From the NCBI GenBank assembly GCA_041906145.1, contig JAYRJU010000009.1, forward strand, positions 96,879-160,878: a stretch of 64,000 nt of DNA, given 5' to 3'. The translations under genes were made by a program, and so were the position numbers. Below are positions 30,411 to 38,022 of the stretch, piece after piece. How positions within the stretch are numbered: the first letter of the stretch is position 1; each line of letters starts with the position of its first letter. The notes beneath the pieces are model-generated. The model was not told the DNA's origin and did not search any database. It saw only the letters and a program-made list of their open reading frames with translations. Origin of the DNA: Rhodospirillaceae bacterium. Lineage in GTDB: Bacteria; Pseudomonadota; Alphaproteobacteria; Rhodospirillales; Rhodospirillaceae.

Positions 30411-31718
30411 ATGGGGCGCGCAAGGGCCATGAACGAAAGCCCGGAAAAATTTACAAAACCGGCCAGGGAAAAACCCGTCCGGCCACGCCCGGCACTGCGT
30501 GTCACAACGCGCTTCTTCCTCCGACGCATGCGCCAGCACGCGATCCTGGAGACGGCGTCGTCGTTAAGCTTTTCGACGATCTTCGCGTTGATCCCAGCGC
30601 TCGCCCTGCTGCTGGCCGCCGTCGCCGCTTATCCGGGGTTGCGCGTCCTTCGGGAACGTATGGAGCAGTTCCTGCTCATGAACCTGATGCCGGAAACCGG
30701 GTTACATGTGGGCGTGGCCATTGCCGGCTTCGTCCGCGCGGCCGGCGAATTGACCGCCGTGGGCATCATAGGGCTCGTCGCGGCGGCGCTGGTGCTGCTG
30801 GTGTCCATCGAAAGCGCCCTCAACAAGATTTTCCGGGTGGCGCGCCATAGACGCTTGGCGGTGCGCCTCCTGGTGTTCTGGACGCTGATGACCATCGGTC
30901 CCTTGCTTCTGGGGCTCGGTTTTTCCCTGTTTGGGATATTCACGGCACTACCTTTGTTTGGGGTAGGAGAGGAGGCGAACAACTTCGATCTAGTGCTGGG
31001 GAGCGTTGCACCGGCGGTGCTGGGCTGGCTTGTGCTCACGCTGCTATATGCGATCGTCCCTAACCGGCGTGTTTTCCCGAAGGACGCCATGATCGGGGCG
31101 CTGGTGGCGGCGGGGCTGCTCACCTTCGTGCGTTACACTTTCGCCTTCTATGTGCTGACGATGACGACGTATCAGGCGATCTACGGCGCCATGGCGGCGA
31201 TCCCGATTTTCCTGATCTGGAACTTTCTGGTTTGGGTGATCGTCCTGGCGGGCGCCGTGGTGGCGGCCTCGTTACCGGACTGGCGCCATGAGCGGAGCGG
31301 CGCTGTCGTCGGGCCTGCGGGGCGTTTGATGACCGCGCTGTCGATCCTGGAGCGCCTGGAGCGCGCGGCGCGCGATGGTAAGGGGCTGACAACGGCCCGG
31401 CTCGCGCGAACAATAAGCGCGCCGGATATCATTTTCGCCGCAGTACTAACGGAACTTCGCAATACACGGTTTGTCGTGGTGACCGACGCGGGCGAATGGA
31501 TGCTGGCGCGCGACCTGGACCGCACACCGCTGGCGGACCTCGTGCACTGTTTTGGGTTCGGGCTGAGTTTCGGCCTCGGCATGGTCGAGGCCCCGGAGTT
31601 CGACGACAGCGACACCGGACGCCGGATCGCCGCCGCCTTGCGTCAGGCCGCGGAGTCCGAGCAAAGGGCGCTGTCGATCACATTGGGACGCTTGATGCAG
31701 GAACCGGTGGAGGTTTAG
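30411..31718 (+). CDS. YihY/BrkB-family membrane protein with C-terminal cytoplasmic extension
   Basis: Multiple TM helices with SLSFSTIFALIPAL and YGAMAAIPIFLIWNFL motifs, typical of YihY. An alternative ATG lies at 30429. Confidence 0.8.
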   Translation: MGRARAMNESPEKFTKPAREKPVRPRPALRVTTRFFLRRMRQHAILETASSLSFSTIFALIPALALLLAAVAAYPGLRVLRERMEQFLLMNLMPETGLHVGVAIAGFVRAAGELTAVGIIGLVAAALVLLVSIESALNKIFRVARHRRLAVRLLVFWTLMTIGPLLLGLGFSLFGIFTALPLFGVGEEANNFDLVLGSVAPAVLGWLVLTLLYAIVPNRRVFPKDAMIGALVAAGLLTFVRYTFAFYVLTMTTYQAIYGAMAAIPIFLIWNFLVWVIVLAGAVVAASLPDWRHERSGAVVGPAGRLMTALSILERLERAARDGKGLTTARLARTISAPDIIFAAVLTELRNTRFVVVTDAGEWMLARDLDRTPLADLVHCFGFGLSFGLGMVEAPEFDDSDTGRRIAAALRQAAESEQRALSITLGRLMQEPVEV

Positions 31719-31748
31719 CGAACGCAGGTGACCCGGCAGTCGTTCAAC

Positions 31749-31785
31749 AAAAAAGGCGGCTCCCGTGAGAGCCGCCTTTTCGTTT
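31749..31785. terminator. bidirectional rho-independent terminator
   Basis: AAAAAAGGCGGCTC-CCGTGA-GAGCCGCCTTTTCGTTT lies between convergent genes. Confidence 0.8.
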
Positions 31786-31800
31786 CAAGCGGAGAGCGTC

Positions 31801-32280
31801 TTACGAAACGATCTTCCAGGAGCCGTCGGGCTGCTGGCAGGCGCGGCCGAAACCGCGTTCACGTTCGCCGCCGACGATGATCTCGGACTGGAACTCGCGG
31901 CAGTATTCGCCGCGCTGCGAACGTCCATCACGCACCGGCGTGACGGTGCCGCGGTGACCGGTGTCCGGGTTATTCCAGATGATGGCTTCGCCGATCGGCG
32001 CGCCGTAGGCGCGGTTTTCAGCTTCGCGCATCTTCATGCGGTCGACTTCATCCATGCGCTTGCCGACCGAGCTGCCGATGGCGGCGCCGGCGAGAGTGCC
32101 AAGCGCGGTCATGGCGAGGCGACCGTCGCCGCGACCGAATTGCGAGCCGAGCAAGCCGCCGAGGCCCGCGCCGACGAGGGTCGCGCCGGTCTGGTTGTTG
32201 CCTTCGGCGCAAGCGCTCAAGGACATGCTGGCGGCAACCGCCATGATGACAGCGAGTTTCGACGACTTAGATCTAATCAT
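31801..32280 (-). CDS. 17-kDa surface antigen-like lipoprotein (glycine-zipper)
   Basis: Lipobox SMSLSAC, glycine zipper GAGLGGLLGSQFG..GTLAGAAIGSSVG, and a C-terminal CREF...C module. ATG 32280 has AAGGTGAAGG upstream; the track start at 32289 is GTG. Confidence 0.8.
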   Translation of the reverse strand: MIRSKSSKLAVIMAVAASMSLSACAEGNNQTGATLVGAGLGGLLGSQFGRGDGRLAMTALGTLAGAAIGSSVGKRMDEVDRMKMREAENRAYGAPIGEAIIWNNPDTGHRGTVTPVRDGRSQRGEYCREFQSEIIVGGERERGFGRACQQPDGSWKIVS

Positions 32281-32516
32281 GACCTTCACCTTGGTTGTGC
32301 ATTGTAGTCCGGCGCGAAGGGCGCGGCCGGAGGCGTTCCTTAAACGATTGAGTCCGTGAATTGGTTCGCGTGCTCACCGCCCCGAGATCCCATAAGGCCC
32401 GAGAATGGTGGCGAAAATAAGTGCGCCGCATGGCGCCCGCAAGGGGCGGAACGGGCTTCAAAACCGAAAAAATCCGAAGATTGACAAGGGCCTGAGGGAG
32501 ACCGAGTTTAACGCCC

Positions 32517-33140
32517 TTGCCACAGTCTCCGCGAGTCGCCCGCTTGTCCGTTCTTATTCCCGAAGTCGCCGATCCGTTCGACCTATTCCGGCGCTGGCTC
32601 GATGAAGCCATCGCCCAGGAACCCGATGTCCCGAACGCCATGAGCCTCGCCACCGCGACGCCCGACGGGAAACCATCGGTGCGCATGGTCCTCTTGAAGG
32701 ACGTGAGCGCGGGGGGCTTCGTTTTTTACACCAACGCCGAAAGCCGCAAGGGCGGCGAGATCGCGCGCAATCCGGCGGCGGCGATCTGCTTCCACTGGAA
32801 GTCCCTGCTGCGCCAGGTGCGCGCCGAAGGAACGCTGACGGAAGTAACGCCGGCGGAAGCCGACGCCTATCACGCCACACGCCCGCGCCAGAGTCAGATC
32901 GCGGCTTGGGCGTCGGCGCAGTCCCGCGAGATCGAGGGCCGGGCAGCGCTGGAAGCTAGGGTCGCGGAGATGGAAAAGCGCTTCGCAGGCGGGCCGGTGC
33001 CCCGTCCGCCCTATTGGACGGGTTACCGTTTGAAACCGGACGCCATCGAATTCTGGTTCAACGTCGCCAACCGCCTGCATGACCGCCTCGTGTTCCACCG
33101 CGATGGCGCGGGATGGCGCACGGTACGTCTCAATCCATGA
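32517..33140 (+). CDS. pdxH: pyridoxamine 5'-phosphate oxidase
   Basis: RMVLLKDVSAGGFVFYTNAESRKG, FHWKSLLRQVRAEG and the C-terminal WRTVRLNP. The start is TTG and uncertain (another TTG at 32544). Confidence 0.9.
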   Translation: MPQSPRVARLSVLIPEVADPFDLFRRWLDEAIAQEPDVPNAMSLATATPDGKPSVRMVLLKDVSAGGFVFYTNAESRKGGEIARNPAAAICFHWKSLLRQVRAEGTLTEVTPAEADAYHATRPRQSQIAAWASAQSREIEGRAALEARVAEMEKRFAGGPVPRPPYWTGYRLKPDAIEFWFNVANRLHDRLVFHRDGAGWRTVRLNP

Positions 33141-34039
33141 CCGAACGTAGTCCCGCGGCGCTGATGCGCCTGGCCACGCGGGCGGCGGTGTTTTGCGCGC
33201 TCCTTCTGATCGCGGTGAAGACCTGGGCGTACTTGCACACCGGATCGGTCGCGCTGCTGTCCAGTCTCGCGGACTCTGCGCTCGATCTTCTCGCATCGGC
33301 GCTCAATCTGATCGCGGTCCGGTTCGCGTTGACCCCCGCCGACGACTTGCATCGTTTTGGCCACGGCAAGGCGGAGCCTTTGTCGGGCCTCGGCCAGGCG
33401 GCGTTCGTTGCGGGGTCCGCCGTGCTGATCATCGTGCAGGCGATCTCGCGTCTGCACGATACCGCGCCGGTGACCGAGGTCGGCATTGGAATCGGGGTCA
33501 CGCTGTTCTCCATCGCCGTCACCCTCGGCCTCGTGACTTTGCAGCGCTATGTGATCGCGCGCACGTCGTCCATGGCGATCAGCGCGGACTCATTGCACTA
33601 CACGGGCGATCTTCTTTTGAACGCGAGCGTCATCGCCGCGTTGGCGCTGGCGTCGGTGCCGGGGTTCGGATGGGCGGACCCGGTGTTCGGGATCGCCATC
33701 AGCATCTTCATTCTGGTGAACGCCGTTCGCATTGCCGTGAGGTCTGTCGATGCGTTGATGGACCGGGAATTACCGGCCGAAGAACGCGAGCGCATCAAAG
33801 CCGTCGCACTCAAACATCCGAAAGTGAAGCGCGTTCACGAACTGCGCACCCGCAGCTCGGGCCTGCAAAAGCATATACAAATGCATATCGTATTGGATCC
33901 GGACCTCAAATTACTGGACGCGCACCGGATCTGCGACGACGTCGAGAAGGCCATCGAAGGTGAATTCCCGGGTGTGGATATCATTATCCACGAGGACCCG
34001 GACGGCATCGCCGAATACCATCCGCGCGTGGGTTTATAA
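33137..34039 (+). CDS. cation diffusion facilitator family transporter
   Basis: Six TM helices, SLADSALDLLAS and HYTGDLLLN metal-site motifs, and a C-terminal cytoplasmic domain. ATG 33137 forms an ATGA overlap with the pdxH stop; the maximal ORF starts at 33113. Confidence 0.88.
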   Translation: MTERSPAALMRLATRAAVFCALLLIAVKTWAYLHTGSVALLSSLADSALDLLASALNLIAVRFALTPADDLHRFGHGKAEPLSGLGQAAFVAGSAVLIIVQAISRLHDTAPVTEVGIGIGVTLFSIAVTLGLVTLQRYVIARTSSMAISADSLHYTGDLLLNASVIAALALASVPGFGWADPVFGIAISIFILVNAVRIAVRSVDALMDRELPAEERERIKAVALKHPKVKRVHELRTRSSGLQKHIQMHIVLDPDLKLLDAHRICDDVEKAIEGEFPGVDIIIHEDPDGIAEYHPRVGL

Positions 34040-34208
34040 GGGGTTGGCGGTCGGCGCCGCATGTTAATGCGCCCGCCGCTGGACCCTTCGCCGGGCCAAA
34101 CCGGCCGCGCGATCAAAAGTTTTTTTGATTTCAAATATTTTTGGGTGTTTGTTGTCGGCCGAGCGTTTGGTTTTGCGTAGTGCTGGCATTCGAAATCAAC
34201 CCGAGCTC

Positions 34209-34781
34209 GTGACCACCTTTAAAACTGATCACTGCCGCTCGTTTCTCGCGCACTGGCAATCCTTGCGCGTCGGCAACGCCTTGCCGACCTTGCAGGACTA
34301 TCTCAGCAAACCGCATCCTCTTCTACAGCCGAACACGGCCATCAAGGATGCCGTGGCGCCGGGCTCCTTGCGTGTGCGCCTCTTCGGCACGCATCTTGTC
34401 GACGTGTTTGGCGTCGACGTGACCGGGCAGAATTTGATGGTGTTCGCGGGCAGCGAAGCGATGGCCGATGAACTGTGGTTCCACCAGCACGCAGTCGCCA
34501 CGCATCCCGTCGGTCTGGGCAGTGTGAAACTCGCCGCGACGGCGTCGGGCCGCTCGATCTCATTCGAAGATGTGGAACTGCCGCTCACACCCTTTCCTGG
34601 CGGTTCGCCCTGCCTGGTGTGCTGCCTCGGCTTCGTCGAGGTGATCGACTACAAGGACACCATGTTCAAGCTGCTCAAACATGCATCCATTCGCTGGTTC
34701 GACATCGGCTGGGGCGTTCCAGCGCATAGCACCGCGGTTACACGCGGACATGCGGGCCCAAACCGCGCCGCGAAAGCCTAG
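34209..34781 (+). CDS. PAS_5 (DUF1457)-like protein, tandem paralogue 1
   Basis: HWQSLRVGNALPTLQDYL..., about 190 aa. I chose the GTG start because the N-terminus (VTTFKTDHCRSFLAHWQSL) aligns residue-for-residue with paralogue 2 (MHPFRTELNRAFHAHWQSL). The maximal ORF starts at TTG 34125. Confidence 0.65.
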   Translation: MTTFKTDHCRSFLAHWQSLRVGNALPTLQDYLSKPHPLLQPNTAIKDAVAPGSLRVRLFGTHLVDVFGVDVTGQNLMVFAGSEAMADELWFHQHAVATHPVGLGSVKLAATASGRSISFEDVELPLTPFPGGSPCLVCCLGFVEVIDYKDTMFKLLKHASIRWFDIGWGVPAHSTAVTRGHAGPNRAAKA

Positions 34782-34907
34782 CCGCACGTCGATTATTGCG
34801 GCTGAAATTAGTGCCGTAAGATCTTTTTGCTCGATTTAGTTCCCTTTTCGATGTTTGCTGAAGGCCAGATAAGACGGCTCACAGCCGCGTAAGGACAGGT
34901 CATCAGA

Positions 34908-35477
34908 ATGCATCCGTTTAGAACGGAGCTTAACAGGGCTTTTCATGCCCACTGGCAATCGCTGCGCGTAGGTGACGCCTTGCCGACGCTCAAGGATTTT
35001 CTGAGCCGGCCACAACCGCGTCTTCAGCCGCACATCGTGATCAAGGATATCCTGCCTACGAAGAATATCCGTGTTCGCTTGCACGGAACGCGATTGGTGG
35101 AACTGGCGGGCGAGGATCTCACCGGGCAGGACCTGTTGGACTATTCCGACACGCCGGATATGGCGGAGGACTTATGGTGCTTTCAACGCAGCATCGTCGA
35201 GCATCGCGTTGGATTATCGGTGTTGAAAAATACCGTGACCTCGTCCGAGCGCGACATAACGTTCGAGGAGGTCTCGCTGCCGGTAGAAGGCTTCCCCGGC
35301 GGACCGCCGTGCGTAATCGGCAGCGTGGTGTTGATGGAAGCGATCAACAGCAACGACACCGTATCGCATCTGCTGGCCTATTCGGGCGCGCAGTGGATAG
35401 ACATCGGCTGGGGCGTTCCCGCCTACCATCCCCTTAGAACAATGCGAGCTGATCGCCAGCGCGCGGCGGGGGCTTGA
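34908..35477 (+). CDS. PAS_5 (DUF1457)-like protein, tandem paralogue 2
   Basis: 189 aa, collinear with paralogue 1 along its whole length, including the shared end motif IGWGVPA(H/Y). Confidence 0.65.
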   Translation: MHPFRTELNRAFHAHWQSLRVGDALPTLKDFLSRPQPRLQPHIVIKDILPTKNIRVRLHGTRLVELAGEDLTGQDLLDYSDTPDMAEDLWCFQRSIVEHRVGLSVLKNTVTSSERDITFEEVSLPVEGFPGGPPCVIGSVVLMEAINSNDTVSHLLAYSGAQWIDIGWGVPAYHPLRTMRADRQRAAGA

Positions 35478-36591
35478 ACTGAGCCGTGTCCAGGGGCGCC
35501 TGCGGTTTGTTGAGGCCGAAGCGTTTGCAGGCCAGCCTGAAGCGATCCGCCAGAGCTTCGGCGATGGGTCCATTGCCGGTCATCCGTTCGCCCCACTTCG
35601 GGTCGTAATCGAGGCCGCCGCGCATCGCGCGGATCAGGCTCATCACGCGTGAGGCCCGTTCGGGTACGCTCGCCGTCAGCCACTCCTGGAACAAATCCTT
35701 CACTTCGAGCGGCAGACGCAGCATGACGTAACCCGCCGACGTCGCCCCGGCGTCGCGCGCGGCTTCGAGCACGCCTTCGAGTTCATGATCGTTGAGACCG
35801 GGAATGGCAGGGGCGAACATCACGCCCGTCGGAACACCGAGGCTGCTGAGGTCCTTGATCGCGGCAAGGCGCCGCTGCGGCGTGGAGGCGCGTGGTTCCA
35901 TTTTTCGCGAAAGGCTATGATCGAGCGAGGTGATCGACAGCGAGACCCGCGCGAGGTTCTTCTTGGCCATGGCGTGCAAGATGTCGGCATCGCGCGCGAC
36001 CAGCGCCGACTTGGTGACGATGCCCACCGGATGATTGAAGCGCGCGAGCACCTCGAGGATGGAGCGCGTGATTTTGTAGGTCCGCTCGGCGGGCTGATAG
36101 GGATCGGTGTTGGTGCCCATCGCCATGGTGCGGCATCGATAGCTGGGCGCGCGCAGCTCTTTGTCGAGAAGGTGCGCGGCGTCGGGCTTTGCAAAGATCT
36201 TGCTCTCGAAATCGAGCCCCGGCGACATGCCCAGATAGGCGTGGGTCGGCCGGGCGAAGCAATAGGTGCAGCCGTGCTCGCAGCCTCGATACGGGTTGAT
36301 GGACCGGTCGAAGCTGATGTCGGGGGAGGTGTTGCGGGCGATGATGGTACGGGTGGAATCCTTCAGTATCTCGGTGCGCAGCGGCGGGGCCGGGGCGTCG
36401 AGATTGTCCCACCCGTCGTCCAGGGCGACCGTGCCCCGGCTTTCATACCGCCCAGAGGCGTTGCTGATCGCCCCACGGCCCCTGCGGGCGTCCGGGTGCA
36501 CGCCCACGGTCCCTTCGAGCGCGCCGCCCATATAACGCGCCTCGCCGCGGGGATTTGGATTTGGGGGCTTTCGGGCTGAACCGGGTGACAT
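35434..36591 (-). CDS. radical SAM protein, PA0069/SplB-like family
   Basis: CEHGCTYCFA (CxxxCxxC) and RGRGAISNASGRYE near the N-terminus. The start is uncertain: TTG 36621 in the track, ATG 36591 or ATG 36531. Confidence 0.8.
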   Translation of the reverse strand: MSPGSARKPPNPNPRGEARYMGGALEGTVGVHPDARRGRGAISNASGRYESRGTVALDDGWDNLDAPAPPLRTEILKDSTRTIIARNTSPDISFDRSINPYRGCEHGCTYCFARPTHAYLGMSPGLDFESKIFAKPDAAHLLDKELRAPSYRCRTMAMGTNTDPYQPAERTYKITRSILEVLARFNHPVGIVTKSALVARDADILHAMAKKNLARVSLSITSLDHSLSRKMEPRASTPQRRLAAIKDLSSLGVPTGVMFAPAIPGLNDHELEGVLEAARDAGATSAGYVMLRLPLEVKDLFQEWLTASVPERASRVMSLIRAMRGGLDYDPKWGERMTGNGPIAEALADRFRLACKRFGLNKPQAPLDTAQFKPPPRAGDQLALF

Positions 36592-36794
36592 TCCGGAATC
36601 ATAGGCCCGGAAATGGAACAAAACAAGAACTTTGCGGCTGAAAATATACCCCGGCGATGAGGGGGGTCACCGCCGGGGTGTTACCGGTCCACCCTAGGGG
36701 AGGAGGGAAGCCGTAGAGGGGAGGGGCTTCCGTAAGGACCGGTCTCGTGAGGAGCGCGGCCTGCGCCCCTCATTTCTGTCACCGCAATTCCTGG

Positions 36795-37031
36795 TCAGCG
36801 TGCCGGCGAAATCTCGACGGCAAAGCCGTGGTCATCATTCGCGATAATCTCGACATGCGCGTTGTATGTGTCCGCCGCGGCGTCGATCATGAGCTTCGTG
36901 AGATCGCCGCCCGCCGGGCGCGCGTCGAAGCGTTCGCGGCGCTCGGTGCTTTCGGGCTCGGCCGCGATGGAGGTCGCGACAAAACCGGCGACGATGAGGA
37001 TGGTGCCGGAGAAAGTAGCGGTACGGGGCAT
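36795..37031 (-). CDS. small hypothetical exported/anchored protein
   Basis: 78 aa with an N-terminal hydrophobic segment (FSGTILIVAGFVATSIAA) and high GC3. It is divergent from the ompR-like gene. Confidence 0.45.
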   Translation of the reverse strand: MPRTATFSGTILIVAGFVATSIAAEPESTERRERFDARPAGGDLTKLMIDAAADTYNAHVEIIANDDHGFAVEISPAR

Positions 37032-37102
37032 GGGGCCTTCGTGAACATGAGGATGTTATCGATGGTCTCGCAAATAATACGTCCAGGATTATGGAATCCG
37101 GC

Positions 37103-37174
37103 GTGTAACCTGTGGATGTCGCGCGACTGTGAAGGGTGTAACCGCACCCTGTTTTTGGTGTAACGTCGTGTAAC
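37103..37174. promoter_or_regulatory. four phased GTGTAAC direct repeats (candidate OmpR-family binding sites)
   Basis: Exact heptamer GTGTAAC at 37103, 37136, 37158 and 37168. The offsets of 33, 22 and 10 nt are close to helical multiples. The repeats lie in the divergent intergenic region upstream of the ompR-like gene. Confidence 0.45.
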
Positions 37175-37287
37175 AGAAGCCGCTCCGCTTACAGCGCGTT
37201 GCACTATTTTTCCCAATGGTTTCTTGGACATGGGGGGTGGCCCTCCTACACTTGGGGCAGGTTTTCTGACCATCCGGGAAGATAAAA

Positions 37288-38022
37288 ATGTCCACCGCCA
37301 GCGAAACGCCGAAGCCCCACATTCTCATCGTCGATGACGATGCCGAGATCCGCGATCTGCTCTCGCGCTTTCTGTCCAAGCACGACTTCCGCGTCACCAC
37401 GGCCAAGGATGGCCGCGAGATGCGCCAGGCGCTGCAAGACTGGTCCTTCGACCTCGTGGTGCTGGATCTGATGATGCCAGGTGAAGATGGGCTGACCCTT
37501 TGCCGCCAAGTACGCAGCGATTCCTCGATCCCTATCATCATGCTGACCGCGATGGGCGAGGAAGTGGACCGTATCATCGGCCTGGAAGTGGGCGCCGACG
37601 ATTACATGGCAAAGCCCTTCAACCCGCGTGAACTGGCCGCCCGCATCAAAGCGGTGCTGCGTCGTTCGTCCAACGGGGTCGCGGTGGAAACCGACGACGA
37701 CCGTCCGGCCAAGGTGGCCTTCGCCGATTTCGTGCTCGATTCCGCAACCCGCACCCTGCACCGTTCGGGTTCGGACATCGCCCTCACGGCCGGTGAATAC
37801 GATCTTCTGGTCGCTTTCGTGGATCACCCGCGCCGCGTGCTGAACCGCGATCAATTGCTGGATATGGCCCGCGGCCGTGCCGCGATCCCGTTCGACCGTT
37901 CCATCGACGTGCAAGTCGGCCGCCTTCGTCGTAAGATCGAGATGGATCCTAAGAATCCAAATCTGATCAAAACGGTTCGTGGCGGCGGTTATATGTTCAC
38001 CCCCGAAGTCCAGGCTTCATGA
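37288..38022 (+). CDS. ompR: OmpR-family response regulator (very OmpR-like)
   Basis: ILIVDDD, VLDLMMPGEDGL, IIMLTAMGEEVDRIIGLEVGADDYMAKPFNPRELAARIKAVLRR and a winged-helix C-terminus ending VRGGGYMF. Confidence 0.9.
   Translation: MSTASETPKPHILIVDDDAEIRDLLSRFLSKHDFRVTTAKDGREMRQALQDWSFDLVVLDLMMPGEDGLTLCRQVRSDSSIPIIMLTAMGEEVDRIIGLEVGADDYMAKPFNPRELAARIKAVLRRSSNGVAVETDDDRPAKVAFADFVLDSATRTLHRSGSDIALTAGEYDLLVAFVDHPRRVLNRDQLLDMARGRAAIPFDRSIDVQVGRLRRKIEMDPKNPNLIKTVRGGGYMFTPEVQAS

Noticed and set aside
37133-37157. A small hairpin AGGGTG-TAACCG-CACCCT followed by GTTTTTGG, resembling a plus-strand terminator.
   Set aside because: The stem is only 6 bp and no plus-strand gene ends upstream. It also overlaps the GTGTAAC repeat array, which explains the sequence better.
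36747-37163. A 138-aa plus-strand ORF covering the small minus-strand gene and the ompR upstream spacer.
   Set aside because: It lies antisense to the better 78-aa ORF (signal-like N-terminus, high GC3). It also extends across the repeat-containing intergenic region.
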